The notes beneath the pieces are model-generated. The model made no database searches, was not told where the DNA came from, and saw only the letters and a program-made list of their open reading frames with translations. A program made the translations under genes and the position numbers. This document shows positions 40,163-52,160 of a stretch of 64,000 nt of DNA, in pieces. Source of the DNA: Spirochaetia bacterium (GTDB lineage: Bacteria > Spirochaetota > Spirochaetia > SZUA-6 > Bin103); the NCBI GenBank assembly GCA_965203055.1, contig OZ241863.1, forward strand, positions 4,480,001 to 4,544,000, read 5' to 3'. Numbering within the stretch: the stretch's first letter is position 1; each line of letters opens with the position of its first letter.

Positions 40163-40762
40163 TCAGGAGCCCAGCAACTGCAGGAACTCGGCGCGCGTGG
40201 AGTGGGAGTCGCGAAAGCTGCCGAGCATGCAGGAAGTCTTCATTTGCGAATGCTGCTTCTCGACGCCGCGCATCATCACGCACAGATGGCTGGCTTCCAC
40301 CACCACGCCGACGCCCTGCGCTCCGACCATGGTCTGCACCGCCTTGGCGACCTGGGTGGTGAGCCGCTCCTGGATTTGCAGGCGCCGGGCGAAGTGGTTG
40401 ACGATGCGCGGGATCTTGGAGAGTCCGATGATCCGGCGCTGCGGAATGTAGGCGACGTGGCACTGGCCGATGAATGGCAGCAGGTGGTGCTCGCACAGCG
40501 AGTAGGTCTCGATGTTGCGCACCATGATCATCTCGTCCGATTCCGAATCGAAGATGGCGCCATTGACGATGGTATGCAGATCTTCGCCATACCCGGCGGT
40601 AAGGTCGATCAGTGCGCGCGCCGCCCGGTCCGGGGTGCGCAGCAGGCCCTCGCGGTCGCTATCCTCTCCCAGTTCCCGTATAATCCGGCGGTAGCACGCG
40701 GCGATCGCGGTCTGCGCGCCGGCGGCGCTTGGAGGATCGGCGGGCGGTGGTTCGGCGCTCAC
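40163..40762 (-). CDS. folE: GTP cyclohydrolase I
   Basis: [44 protein letters not shown]. Confidence 0.97.
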   Translation of the reverse strand: MSAEPPPADPPSAAGAQTAIAACYRRIIRELGEDSDREGLLRTPDRAARALIDLTAGYGEDLHTIVNGAIFDSESDEMIMVRNIETYSLCEHHLLPFIGQCHVAYIPQRRIIGLSKIPRIVNHFARRLQIQERLTTQVAKAVQTMVGAQGVGVVVEASHLCVMMRGVEKQHSQMKTSCMLGSFRDSHSTRAEFLQLLGS

Positions 40763-40855
40763 GGTGAGCGGAATATAGAACCGGCGCGCGCGGCCGACAA
40801 GCGGCGCGCCGCGGGCGTGACGCGCGCCGCGGTCCGGGAACAGGAGGCTTGGCAG

Positions 40856-41809
40856 ATGGTTGGAAGAGCCAGGATCGCAGTGATCGGCGCCGGCAACGTC
40901 GGCGCCTCATGCGCGCTCTGGATCGCGTCGCGCCAGCTCGGCGACGTGGTGCTGGTGGACATACCGCAGTTGGAGAAGCCGACCAGAGGCAAGGCGCTGG
41001 ATCTGTACCAGTGCGCCCCGATCGGACGCTTCGATTGCACCGTGACCGGCACCTCCGACTACGCCGACATCGCCGGCGCCGACGTGGTGGTGCTCACCGC
41101 CGGGGTGCCGCGCAAGCCCGGCATGAGCCGCGACGATCTGATCAAGACCAACGTCGCCATCGTGCGCAGCGTGAGCGAACAGCTCGTCGCCCACGCTCCC
41201 GACAGCATCGTGATCGTGGTGAGCAACCCGCTCGACGCGATGGTGTACACCGCCTGGAAGGTGACCGGCTTCGCGACCAACCGCATCGTCGGCCAGGCGG
41301 GCTGTCTGGACATCGCCCGCTTCAAGACCTTCATCGCCGAGGAGACCGGCTTCTCGGTGGAGGACATCAACACCCTGCTGCTGGGCGGGCACGGCGACGA
41401 CATGGTGCCGCTGCCCCGCTTCACCAACGTCGCCGGGATTCCGGTGACCGAATTCATCAGCGAGCAGCGCTTGGCGGAGCTGGTGGAACGCGCCAAGCAG
41501 GGCGGCGGCGAGCTGGTGGGGCTGCTCGGCACCAGCGCCTGGTATGCGCCGGCCGCGGCGGTGACGCAGATGGTGGAGGCGATCGTGCGCGACAAGAAGC
41601 GCATCCTGCCGTGCGCGGGCTACTGCGCCGGCCACTACGGGATCGACGGCCTGTTCGTCGGCGTTCCCTGCGTGCTTGGCGCCGGCGGCATGGAACGGGT
41701 GTTGGAGGTGCGCCTGCAGCCGCACGAACAGCGCCTGCTGGACGAATCCGCGGCGCACGTGGGCGAGCTGGTGGCGGTCGTCCGCCGGCACTATCCGGAG
41801 CTGGCCTGA
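40856..41809 (+). CDS. mdh: Malate dehydrogenase (LDH-like)
   Basis: [44 protein letters not shown]. Confidence 0.95.
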   Translation: MVGRARIAVIGAGNVGASCALWIASRQLGDVVLVDIPQLEKPTRGKALDLYQCAPIGRFDCTVTGTSDYADIAGADVVVLTAGVPRKPGMSRDDLIKTNVAIVRSVSEQLVAHAPDSIVIVVSNPLDAMVYTAWKVTGFATNRIVGQAGCLDIARFKTFIAEETGFSVEDINTLLLGGHGDDMVPLPRFTNVAGIPVTEFISEQRLAELVERAKQGGGELVGLLGTSAWYAPAAAVTQMVEAIVRDKKRILPCAGYCAGHYGIDGLFVGVPCVLGAGGMERVLEVRLQPHEQRLLDESAAHVGELVAVVRRHYPELA

Positions 41810-41811
41810 CC

Positions 41812-43242
<1,431 letters not shown>

Positions 43243-43286
43243 AGCAGGGCTCCGCATGCCGCCAACACGTGATTACCCTGGGACCG

Positions 43287-44072
43287 TCAAGTGTCCAGCA
43301 GGTTCATCATCCCGATTGCTGCCGAAACTCCTTGCACTCCCTTGGCGGCCAGGAACTCGCGGTTGAGGCGGGCGATGTTGGCGAAGGAGATCTCCTTGGG
43401 GCAGTCGCCCTCGCACTCGCGCTCGTTGGTGCAGTTGCCGAAGCCGGCGGCGTCCATCGCCGCGACCATGGCGACGGCGCGGCGGCGGCGCTCCGGAGCG
43501 CCCTGCGGCAGGAGGGCGAGCTGCGCCACCTTGGCGCCGGTGAACAGCATCGCCGCGGCGTTCTTGCAGGAGGCGACGCAGGCGCCGCAGCCGATGCAGG
43601 CGGCCGCGTCCATCGCCTGGTCGGCGTCGGCGCGCGGCACCGGCAGGGAGTTGGCCTCCGGCGCGCTGCCGGTGTTGACCGAAATGAAGCCGCCGGCCTG
43701 GATCACGCGGTCGAAGGCGGAGCGGTCCACCACCAAGTCCTTGATGACCGGGAAGGCGCGCGCCCGCCACGGCTCCACCACGATGCGCGCGCCATTGTGA
43801 AACGACCGCAGGTGGAGCTGGCACACCGTGACCCCGCGCAGCGGCCCGTGGGGACGGCCGTTGATCAGGAACCCGCAGGAGCCGCAGATCCCCTCGCGGC
43901 AGTCGTGCTCGAACGCCACCGGTTCCTCGCCGCGGCGCTCCAGCCCGTCGTTGAGCGCGTCGAGCAATTCCAGGAACGACATGTCGGGGTCCGCGTCGTC
44001 CATTTCATAGGTGGCGAAGCGGCCGCGGTCGGCCGGCCCCGCCTGCCGCCAGACCTCCAGGTGCAGTGTCAC
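43287..44072 (-). CDS. sdhB: Succinate dehydrogenase/fumarate reductase Fe-S subunit
   Basis: [34 protein letters not shown]. Confidence 0.95.
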   Translation of the reverse strand: MTLHLEVWRQAGPADRGRFATYEMDDADPDMSFLELLDALNDGLERRGEEPVAFEHDCREGICGSCGFLINGRPHGPLRGVTVCQLHLRSFHNGARIVVEPWRARAFPVIKDLVVDRSAFDRVIQAGGFISVNTGSAPEANSLPVPRADADQAMDAAACIGCGACVASCKNAAAMLFTGAKVAQLALLPQGAPERRRRAVAMVAAMDAAGFGNCTNERECEGDCPKEISFANIARLNREFLAAKGVQGVSAAIGMMNLLDT

Positions 44073-44082
44073 GCCATGTTCC

Positions 44083-46005
44083 TCACTTATAGCTCCGCAT
44101 GGTGGGATGGACCTCATCGAATACCAGCGGCTCGCGGTGCGGCAGCGCCGGTTCCCCCGCGCCGCGATACTCCCACGCCGCCACGTGAGCGAACTCGGCG
44201 TCGTTCCGCACCGCCTCGTGATCGCCGCTCTGATGCTCCTCGCGGAAGTGGGAGCCGCACGATTCGTTGCGCGCCAGGGCGTCCTGGATCACCACCTCCG
44301 CGAACTCCAGGAAGTCGGCCACCCGCCCGGCGCGTTCCAGCGGCTGATTGAGATCTTCCGCCGCCCCCGGCACGTTCACTTCGCGCCAGAACCGCTCCCG
44401 CAGCTCCGGCACCGCGGCGGCCGCTTCCCGCAGTCCGGTTTCGTGGCGCGACATCCCGCACCGCTCCCACATGATCCGCCCCAGCTCGCGGTGGAAGTGG
44501 TCCACCGGCTTGTCGCCGGCCACGGCGAGCAGGCGCCGGGTGCGTTCCTGCGCGGCCGACTCCGCGTCCCGGAAGGCGGGAGCGCCGGCCTCGGCGGCGC
44601 CGGGCGTCACGCCGGCAAGGTAGCCGCCGATGGTGGCGGGCAGCACGAAGTAGCCGTCCGCCAAGCCCTGCATCAGCGCGCTGGCGCCGAGCCGGTTGGC
44701 CCCATGGTCGGAGAAGTTGGCTTCGCCGATCACGAACAGCCCCGGTATGGTGCTCATCAGGTTGTAGTCCACCCACAACCCGCCCATGGTGTAGTGGACC
44801 GCGGGGAAGATGCGCATCGGGGTGTGGTAGGCATCTTCGCCGGTGATCTGCCGATACATCTGGAACAGGTTGCCGTACTTCTCCTCGACCGCGGCGCGCC
44901 CCATGCGCGCCAGGGCGTCGCGGAAGTCGAGGTAGACCGCCTGGCCGGTGGCGCCCACGCCGAGGCCGCGGTCGCACGCCTCCTTGGCGGCGCGGGAGGC
45001 CACGTCGCGCGGCACCAGGTTGCCGAACGCCGGGTAGCGCTCCTCCAGGAAGTAGGTGCGCGCCGCGTCGGGAATCTCCGCCGGCGGACGAGTGTCGCCG
45101 CGCCGCCGCGGCACCCACACGCGGCCGTCGTTGCGCAGGCTCTCGCTCATCAGGGTGAGTTTGCATTGATGATCGCCGGACACCGGGATGCAGGTGGGGT
45201 GAATCTGCACGAAGCAGGGGTTGGCGAACAGCGCGCCGCGCTTGCAGGCGCGCCAGGTGGCGGTGACGTTGCTTGCCTTGGCGTTGGTGGACAGATAGTA
45301 GAGGTTGCCGTAGCCGCCGGTGGCCAGCACTACCGCGTCCGCGGCGTGCGACCGCATCGCTCCGGTCACCAGGTCCCGCGTCACGATGCCGCGCGCGGCG
45401 CCGTCCGCCACCACCAGGTCCAGCATCTCATGGCGCGGATGCATGGCCACGGCGCCGCGCCCGATCTGGCGGCTCAACGCGCCGTAGGCGCCGAGCAGGA
45501 GTTGTTGGCCGGTCTGGCCGCGCGCGTAGAAGGTGCGCGACACCTGGGCGCCGCCGAAGGAGCGGTTGGCCAACAGGCCGCTGTATTCGCGGGCGAACGG
45601 CACCCCCTGGGCCACGCACTGGTCGATGATCGCGTTGCTCACCTCGGCCAGGCGGTAGACGTTGGCCTCGCGCGCGCGGTAGTCGCCGCCCTTGATGGTG
45701 TCGTAGAACAGCCGGTATACGCTGTCGCCGTCGTTGGGGTAGTTCTTGGCGGCATTGATGCCGCCCTGGGCGGCGATGCTGTGGGCGCGGCGCGGACTGT
45801 CCTGAATGCAGAAGCAGCTCACGCGGTAGCCCAGTTCCGCCAGTGACGCGGCGGCGGCGGCGCCGGCCAGACCGCTGCCTACCACGATGACCGAGTAGCG
45901 GCGCTTGTTGGCCGGGTTGACCAGGGGCAGCTCGAAGCGGTGGCGCGCCCACTTCTCGACCAGCGGACCGGCGGGAACCTTGCTGTCGAGCATCGTCTCA
46001 GCCAT
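44083..46005 (-). CDS. sdhA: Succinate dehydrogenase/fumarate reductase flavoprotein
   Basis: [47 protein letters not shown]. Confidence 0.97.
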   Translation of the reverse strand: MAETMLDSKVPAGPLVEKWARHRFELPLVNPANKRRYSVIVVGSGLAGAAAAASLAELGYRVSCFCIQDSPRRAHSIAAQGGINAAKNYPNDGDSVYRLFYDTIKGGDYRAREANVYRLAEVSNAIIDQCVAQGVPFAREYSGLLANRSFGGAQVSRTFYARGQTGQQLLLGAYGALSRQIGRGAVAMHPRHEMLDLVVADGAARGIVTRDLVTGAMRSHAADAVVLATGGYGNLYYLSTNAKASNVTATWRACKRGALFANPCFVQIHPTCIPVSGDHQCKLTLMSESLRNDGRVWVPRRRGDTRPPAEIPDAARTYFLEERYPAFGNLVPRDVASRAAKEACDRGLGVGATGQAVYLDFRDALARMGRAAVEEKYGNLFQMYRQITGEDAYHTPMRIFPAVHYTMGGLWVDYNLMSTIPGLFVIGEANFSDHGANRLGASALMQGLADGYFVLPATIGGYLAGVTPGAAEAGAPAFRDAESAAQERTRRLLAVAGDKPVDHFHRELGRIMWERCGMSRHETGLREAAAAVPELRERFWREVNVPGAAEDLNQPLERAGRVADFLEFAEVVIQDALARNESCGSHFREEHQSGDHEAVRNDAEFAHVAAWEYRGAGEPALPHREPLVFDEVHPTMRSYK

Positions 46006-46660
46006 ACGTACCTCGGATGAAGAACACGATCGGCAGCGAAGCGAACGCGGCGGCGAACCCGACCGCCAGCGCCAGCCCGAGCCCGCGCAACAGCGGGGTG
46101 TAGCGCTGATGCTCGACGCCGAGGGTACGCAGTGCGCTCAGCACGCCGTGCGCCAGATGCAGGCCGAGCAGGACCATGGCGACTACGTACAGCGCGGCGT
46201 AGCCGGGCAGGGCGAAGGTCTCGGTCACTACCCGGTAGAGCGACTCGCCGTCGGCGGCGCGCCCGAAGCGCGCCTCCCAGAAGAAGTTGCGCAGGTGCAC
46301 CACGATGAAGATGAACACCACGCTGCCGCTCACGGCCATGGTGCGCGAGGCCAGGTTGCTGAAGCCGGCGCGGCGTTTCATGCGGTAGCGTTGCGGGCGG
46401 GCGCGCCGATTCTCGATGGTCAGGCGCACGCCATTGCCGGCGTGCGCGATGATCGCCAGAAACAGCACCACCTCCACCACGCGGACCAACACGTTGCTCG
46501 AAATCGACTTGGCGTGAGCGTTGAACGCCTCCTCGCCGGCGTACAGGTACAGATTGCCGTACAAGTGCACCGCCAGGAACAACACCAGGAACAGGCCGGT
46601 TACCGCCATCAGCAGCTTCTTGCCGATGGACGTGGAGAGCAGATCGAACAGCCAGCGCAT
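45998..46660 (-). CDS. sdhC: Succinate dehydrogenase cytochrome b subunit (single anchor)
   Basis: [20 protein letters not shown], conserved His residues, H..HG..SA..TLG. Confidence 0.93.
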   Translation of the reverse strand: MRWLFDLLSTSIGKKLLMAVTGLFLVLFLAVHLYGNLYLYAGEEAFNAHAKSISSNVLVRVVEVVLFLAIIAHAGNGVRLTIENRRARPQRYRMKRRAGFSNLASRTMAVSGSVVFIFIVVHLRNFFWEARFGRAADGESLYRVVTETFALPGYAALYVVAMVLLGLHLAHGVLSALRTLGVEHQRYTPLLRGLGLALAVGFAAAFASLPIVFFIRGTYG

Positions 46661-46731
46661 CGGAGCGAGTACTTACCGTAGATTGTACCCCAAGCCCGAT
46701 CGCCGTTCAACGAGGGCGCAGGTAGGTAGCG

Positions 46732-47186
46732 TCAGGTGGATCTGCGGCCTAGCAAGGCCTCGAGTTCCGCCACCCGCGCTTCGGCCTCTTGGCGAGCGGC
46801 CGCTTCCTGTTGGACGCGGGTTTCTGCGGCTTGGCGAGCGGCCGCTTCCTCCTCTGCGCGCTGCTTGCCCGTGGGGATCAACTCGCCCTGCGCGTCCGTC
46901 CAGCGCAGCCACCGGTTGCGCACGCCCTCGAACTCCTCCTCCCACAGCGTCATCCCCAGACCCAGGGATTCGATGTCGAAACCGGCGCCGGCACGGCCAG
47001 CGCAGCGGTCCCTTTCGCTACCTGGACCGGGGCGACCGGCGGCGCGTTCGCCAGCGGCCGCGCCGGCAGGGGCGCCGGAGACCGGTCGGGCCTCCGAACC
47101 ACGTCCGGCGCCGGCCGCGCTACGGCGGGCTCGGCGGCGCGCGCGTCAGGCGCGGAACGACCGGTCGGGAATGACGGCGAGTCCAT
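46732..47186 (-). pseudogene. Uma2 (DUF820) family endonuclease remnant with core deleted
   Basis: Retains ESLGLGMTLWEEEFEGVRNRWLRWTDAQGELIPTG plus a coiled-coil tail typical of Uma2 C-termini. A Pro/Ala-rich N-terminus from ATG 47186 is in another frame, and no PD-(D/E)xK core is visible. Confidence 0.65.
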
Positions 47187-47317
47187 AAGGCAGACTATAC
47201 CGTACTGGCGCCGCGGCCGAAGGCGCTTGAGGATCGGATACGACACGCCGTTGCGCTGCACCGCGGCATCGCGGCTAGGGGGCTTCTTACCAGTCTACCA
47301 ACAAATTGGAAGTGCTT

Positions 47318-47436
47318 CGTTCAACGACAGCTCGGTCTGGCGCAGCCGCGCCTCCCGGCCCGGGAATGGATGATGCCGGAGCGGGTGGAGATCGCCATGC
47401 CGGGGCCGATGACGGCCTGCACAGGCGCGACGTTGC
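47318..47436 (-). pseudogene. Collapsed mosaic duplicate of the DUF1156 methyltransferase 3' end
   Basis: Four collinear blocks match 48966-48993 (28/28), 49280-49306 (25/27), 49535-49575 (39/41) and 49585-49600 (14/16). Confidence 0.9.
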
Positions 47437-47520
47437 GATACATCTTCCACGGAGCTAGCGCTTTTGCCGATAGGTATTGGGAGCCGTATCAGCCGGCCCT
47501 CACGTTCCGCGCCGCGTCGT

Positions 47521-48447
47521 TCAACCAGGACCTTTCGATTTTTGGACGAGCTTGATGAATGCCCGCCCGGTGTGGTTCTCAACGATTTTGGTGGCAGGAG
47601 TGCTCGAAAAGGCATGGATCACGGCGTGAAAGACCGAGAGACTCCGATCCTGCAAGGTGTGGTCGGCCTCGAGAGACTTGATTACCAGTCCTTGCTTTGC
47701 CAGATCATCTCGGGATAAGTGACGAGCGTGGCTCTTGAATGTCTGATGATTCGCTAACCAATCGGAGATGGAAGCTGCCTTGGTATTACGATCTTGGTCA
47801 TCTTTGAACATGTAGCATTCGAGCCACGTCTTGACCAATTCCCGCGATAGTTTCAAAGCTGTTTCGCACTGAATCAGTAGATCAGGGCCGAATTGGCTGA
47901 GCATGGGTAACCACGCGGATAATTTTGCCGAATCGGTACATTCCCTTTGAGCTCGATCAAATTGGTCTAGTGTCGCTTGCGCAGGCACCATCCGCATACC
48001 CAGCGGTGTGTGGAGCAATAGCTGTGGATCAGTCGGTCCAAGAAAGGAGTGTTTACCCATTACAATTTCGTCCGCCGCGCATGCGATCATGGTGGCCGCC
48101 GACATGGCCAGTTGTGGGACGATAACTCGAATATGGGAGAACCGCGACCGCAGATATGACACGACCGCTTCGGCAGCAACGGCGGCGCCGCCGGGACTAT
48201 GCAGAATGAGATCCAAATCAGGACCCCGTAGGCCTTGGCTCACTTCCATCAGCGCATGCATGTCCTCATCGCCGATGGAAGTAGTCGATAGGGGAGCGTC
48301 TTCTTTCTGTAGCCATCCTGAGGCGTACAAAATGACGTCGCGGTCGGTATGGTGACTCATCAGAGACAGGTACTTGCGTCTCACTCCGTCAAAATTAGGT
48401 GGATTGGTCTGTGTGATTTCAGCAAGTATCTCGCTCCATATGGGCAT
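47521..48447 (-). CDS. SDH-family (serine dehydrogenase proteinase) ClpP-fold serine protease
   Basis: LDLILHSPGG, AMSAATMIACAADEIVMG, LGPTDPQ, FKSHAR (Ser-Asp-His); GGAGA RBS; lower GC than flanks. Confidence 0.85.
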   Translation of the reverse strand: MPIWSEILAEITQTNPPNFDGVRRKYLSLMSHHTDRDVILYASGWLQKEDAPLSTTSIGDEDMHALMEVSQGLRGPDLDLILHSPGGAAVAAEAVVSYLRSRFSHIRVIVPQLAMSAATMIACAADEIVMGKHSFLGPTDPQLLLHTPLGMRMVPAQATLDQFDRAQRECTDSAKLSAWLPMLSQFGPDLLIQCETALKLSRELVKTWLECYMFKDDQDRNTKAASISDWLANHQTFKSHARHLSRDDLAKQGLVIKSLEADHTLQDRSLSVFHAVIHAFSSTPATKIVENHTGRAFIKLVQKSKGPG

Positions 48448-48467
48448 GGTGGTCTCCGAGTGTGGGA

Positions 48468-48674
48468 TTAGCGAATGTTGACGTGGTCCGTTGTGGTGAT
48501 GATACGCGGTGTCTTCGTAGCCGCTCGGTACGCATCCAGCCCGCGGTCGGCGCGCTGCCAGTCCTGATAGACTTTCATGGCCTCGCGTATACCCGGGCGT
48601 CCAAGGGCTTCCTCCAGTAGTGCGACGCGCTCCTCCTCGCGAACCGATGCATTCCCCTTTTCGCGTTGTGTCAT
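48468..48674 (-). CDS. Small (68 aa) hypothetical protein upstream of the protease
   Basis: Strong RBS GGAGGGAG; ends 20 bp before the protease start; charged, helical-looking sequence. Confidence 0.65.
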   Translation of the reverse strand: MTQREKGNASVREEERVALLEEALGRPGIREAMKVYQDWQRADRGLDAYRAATKTPRIITTTDHVNIR

Positions 48675-48929
48675 CGTGTCTCCCTCCACTCAACCTGCTG
48701 CGCGCCAGACTCGCCATCAGATACCCTGCCATGGCTGGCCTAACGTGCTCGGGCCGATAGACTGTTACAAATGTACTACATACGGGAGTACGGCACAATC
48801 GCCGTCGGCCGGCTGAGGGCCGGCTGGGCGGGTCAGGACGGTAGCGTGACCTCGGCGGCCTTGCAGCGGACCTCCAGATCACGGGAATCGCCGTCCGCGG
48901 CGGCGCTCGCGTTGCGCCGTGGCCGTTCA

Positions 48930-51836
48930 TCAATTACCAGGGCCTCCGGGGTCGGCGTTCAGTGCCAGCTCGGTCTGGCGCAGCCGCGCCTCCGTCACGG
49001 CAAGCCTACTGATCTCCGGCCAGCTCTTTACCAGCCCGTTGTAGTCCAGCGCCTCGGCGGGGCGCTTCCGGCGTTCGCTTACCGTGTACAGCCGGTAGCA
49101 CAGCTCGCGGGCGAGGTCGGCGACGCCGCCGAGCCGGCGCAGCAGGCGGGCCGCGGCCATCTCGCCGCCCTGCCACACGACGCGGATCAGATGGTGCACC
49201 GCCTCCCAGGCGGTGAGGCGGTCGTCTTGCGCCGGGTCCCAGTCGGCGGGCAACTCCTGGGGGCGCAGCAGGCGCACGCTCCCGGCCTGGGAGTGGATGA
49301 TGCCGGCCTGCACCATGCCGCGCACGCTGGTGTTCTTGGCCGTGGCCAGGGTCTCGGCGCTGCCGTAATCGCCGGCGTCGAAGCCGTGCTGGTCGAACCA
49401 CGCGAGCGCCCAGCGGCTATCGGTGTCGAAGTCGCCCTCCTGCGCGGCCAGGATCTCGTCGAGCGCCTGATTGATGAGGGCGAGGGCCTCGCCCACGGTG
49501 ACGCGGTTGCCGGCGCCGTGCAACACCTTGGCGTAGCGGGTGAAGATCGCCATGCCGGGGCCGATGGCGGCCTGCGCGAGGTCGACGGGGGCGACGTTGC
49601 CGCGCTGCAGGTGGACCAGGGCCGGCGGCAGTTCCTCCTTCAGGGCGTCAATGAGCTCGCGGCGCGAGCCGAGCGGAGCATCGTGCGGCCGGCGCCGGCA
49701 GACCAGGACGACGCTGGAGGCGAGCGAGCTCGTTATCTTCTTCAGATTGGTGATCAGCTCCGTACGCATGGGCCACGTACCGGTAATCGCGAAGCCGGAG
49801 TCGATCACGGCTTCCAGAAACGTCTCCCAGCCGGTGCTGGACACGCCGCGGTCGTCGCGCCGCTCCGCCTGCTTGAACGCGTAGTAGATCGTCGTCGGGA
49901 AGCCGGGATGCGCCTGCTGCGCCAGCCGCTCCAGCGCCTGCGTCATGCCGTTCATGAAGAAGGTTTCGGCCTGCGCCCTGGTGCCGTGCCGATAGGGCGC
50001 GGCGACCAGCTCCTCGGCCTTCGGGACCATCATCGTGGCGAACAGGTCGGGGAACACCGATCGCAGCGAACGCCGCAGCCAGACGTAGAAGAAATCGGAG
50101 AGATCGGCGTAACAGATGTTGTCGAAATAGGGTGGATCGGTAGACACGAAGTGATCCTGAACGACGTCATGAGTTGCATCCGACTGCTCCGCCGCCCCGC
50201 TCGTAAGAGCCGGGAGTCGAGACACGGCGTTTCGCAAGTAATCGATATTGACGGAGAATGTCCCGCCGGCAGATGAGAACGGGTTGGTCTCGGCGAAGTC
50301 CCAGGTCATCGGCAGTGCCTGCCGAAGGAAGACTTGCTTGGCCAGTTCGTCCTTCGGATGAGAGCTCCACACACAGAGCGTCGCCGAGTAGTTGACCATG
50401 CGGCTCAGAGCACAAGCCAGGTAGAGACCGAGCGCGTCGGCGCAGGCAGTAGCTCCGGCGCCGCCGGCGTGGAAGGGCTGGCCGTCGTCGGGCATGCCGG
50501 CGGCGATGGCGTCCTGCCGGATGCGGTCACGTGCTTCGATAACCAGATCGGAGAACGTGTTCAGCGCGACGAGCTGCCGCGGCGTGAACAGATCGCCAAA
50601 CGTGGTTAACCCGTAGTGCATCGTCCAAAGATTGCGTGGATCATCGGGTAACGGCGTTTCGGGGATCCACTGCGGCTGCGCATTTGCTGCCACTGCCGCA
50701 TGCTCGGCGGTTGGTGCCAAGTAAACCCGGCGCCGGTCACCTTCTGCTACGATGGCCAGCAGCCGCGCGCCCATGCGGCCGGCCATGCCTTCGGCCTTGA
50801 TGTGGTCGGGCGGGATCGGCACCCCCGACACCAAGCAGCGGAAGTTGGCGCCGCGCGCCAGCTTGGTGCCGGCCTTGGCCGCAGCCGCGTCCGGCGGCGC
50901 GCCCACCTTGACGGTGAACCGGTAGCCGTCCGCGCCAACCACCGGTTCGACGTACGCTTCCTTGCCCTGCTTCGTGGACAGCATGAAGGTGGAGACCAGC
51001 GGCACCTCCACCTGCGCGAACGCCGGGTTGGGGCTCTTCACCGTGCGCGCCCACAGCCACGCGATCACCGTCAGCTCGCGCCCGGCGTAGGGCAACAGAT
51101 CGGGGCGCTCGCGCACCATCTCATCCGTCACCGCGACCTTGGGGTACAGATGGCCGATGCGCCGCTCCGCCTCGTCCCGCATCCAGCGCCCGTAGCAGCG
51201 CACGTCCTCCGCCAGACCGCGCGCGCCGGTCCACTTGGCGCTCAGCAGCTCCCCTTCCGACCGCGCCTCCGGGTGCACCGGCGGGCGCCCGGCAAACTTC
51301 GGCGGTATCTCGATCATCGCCTTGTTGATCAGCACGGCCACCGGGTTGAGGTCGCTGGCATGCGCCTCCAGGCCGAGTCGCTGCGCTTCCAGCGGCAGCG
51401 CGCCGCCGCCGGCGAACGGGTCGTGAAACGCCGGCAGGCGCTCGGGGTCGAACAGCTCGGCCGCGCGCGGATGATCGGAGCGGTCGGCGCAGGCGCGCCG
51501 CCAGCATGCGCGGATTTCGTCGCGCGCCTGCTGCAGCACCTCCTCGTTGGTGGTGTTCTCCCACTTGACCAGCTTTTCGATCAGATCGAACAGCCGCTGC
51601 CGCTCCCGGTCTTGCTCCTGTTCGGTAGGGAACAGTTCCGGGCGGCTGGACGGATCGTCGACCAGTTGCGCGAAGATCACGGCGCGGGCGGCCGCTAGCG
51701 GGCGCCGCGCCCACCACAGATGCAGGGTGCTGGGGTGGCCGTGACGGATCGACTTCTCGCGCGCGGCGGCGGCGTTGATGGCGTCGAGCGGCAGCGCCAC
51801 CTCGATCAGCTTCTTGCGAACACTTCGGGTTGACAT
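48930..51836 (-). CDS. DUF1156 domain adenine-specific DNA methyltransferase
   Basis: [57 protein letters not shown] (motif I), [20 protein letters not shown] (motif IV), TGWETFL. Confidence 0.93.
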   Translation of the reverse strand: MSTRSVRKKLIEVALPLDAINAAAAREKSIRHGHPSTLHLWWARRPLAAARAVIFAQLVDDPSSRPELFPTEQEQDRERQRLFDLIEKLVKWENTTNEEVLQQARDEIRACWRRACADRSDHPRAAELFDPERLPAFHDPFAGGGALPLEAQRLGLEAHASDLNPVAVLINKAMIEIPPKFAGRPPVHPEARSEGELLSAKWTGARGLAEDVRCYGRWMRDEAERRIGHLYPKVAVTDEMVRERPDLLPYAGRELTVIAWLWARTVKSPNPAFAQVEVPLVSTFMLSTKQGKEAYVEPVVGADGYRFTVKVGAPPDAAAAKAGTKLARGANFRCLVSGVPIPPDHIKAEGMAGRMGARLLAIVAEGDRRRVYLAPTAEHAAVAANAQPQWIPETPLPDDPRNLWTMHYGLTTFGDLFTPRQLVALNTFSDLVIEARDRIRQDAIAAGMPDDGQPFHAGGAGATACADALGLYLACALSRMVNYSATLCVWSSHPKDELAKQVFLRQALPMTWDFAETNPFSSAGGTFSVNIDYLRNAVSRLPALTSGAAEQSDATHDVVQDHFVSTDPPYFDNICYADLSDFFYVWLRRSLRSVFPDLFATMMVPKAEELVAAPYRHGTRAQAETFFMNGMTQALERLAQQAHPGFPTTIYYAFKQAERRDDRGVSSTGWETFLEAVIDSGFAITGTWPMRTELITNLKKITSSLASSVVLVCRRRPHDAPLGSRRELIDALKEELPPALVHLQRGNVAPVDLAQAAIGPGMAIFTRYAKVLHGAGNRVTVGEALALINQALDEILAAQEGDFDTDSRWALAWFDQHGFDAGDYGSAETLATAKNTSVRGMVQAGIIHSQAGSVRLLRPQELPADWDPAQDDRLTAWEAVHHLIRVVWQGGEMAAARLLRRLGGVADLARELCYRLYTVSERRKRPAEALDYNGLVKSWPEISRLAVTEARLRQTELALNADPGGPGN

Positions 51837-51847
51837 GCAGATCGCAG

Positions 51848-51870
51848 GATACATGCTCAACGCATGTATC
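51848..51870. promoter_or_regulatory. Perfect 9-bp inverted repeat operator between the divergent methyltransferase and RHH genes
   Basis: GATACATGC-tcaac-GCATGTATC; overlaps a TTGACA(51830)-16 bp-CATGCT promoter; extra ACATGC half-site at 51833-51838. Confidence 0.7.
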
Positions 51871-52151
51871 GGATGATCCAGATCCGCAACGTACCCGAGT
51901 CGCTCCACCGCTCACTCAAGGCGCGCGCAGCCATGGCCGGGATGCCGCTCTCGACTTACCTGCTCAATCATATCGCCGCTCTGGCGTCGGTGCCGACACC
52001 GCAGGAGATGACCGCGCGGCTCGAGCGGCTCGAGACGATAACACCGCGCGAGAACGCTGCCGAAGCGCTGCACCGGACGCGCAACGAACGGTGGAGGCGA
52101 TCTGACGCGGCGCCACCGGCTGGCCGCGGCGCCGGATTCGGCGTAGATTGA
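51864..52151 (+). CDS. FitA/VapB-like ribbon-helix-helix protein (no cognate toxin)
   Basis: [30 protein letters not shown] is a typical FitA-like RHH pattern. Confidence 0.82.
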   Translation: MYRMIQIRNVPESLHRSLKARAAMAGMPLSTYLLNHIAALASVPTPQEMTARLERLETITPRENAAEALHRTRNERWRRSDAAPPAGRGAGFGVD

Positions 52152-52160
52152 GGCGGGATC

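Noticed and set aside
46789..46850. 20-bp direct repeat ttggcgagcggccgcttcct at 42-bp spacing
   Set aside because: Only two copies, in frame, encoding the EAAARQ coiled-coil tail of the Uma2 remnant.
47318..47436. Methyltransferase relic as a DGR template repeat
   Set aside because: No reverse transcriptase in the window; mismatches are not adenine-specific and the copy is fragmented by deletions.
52090..52160. Possible VapC toxin after the RHH gene
   Set aside because: No PIN motif (e.g. VVDAS) or room for an ORF before Mrp.
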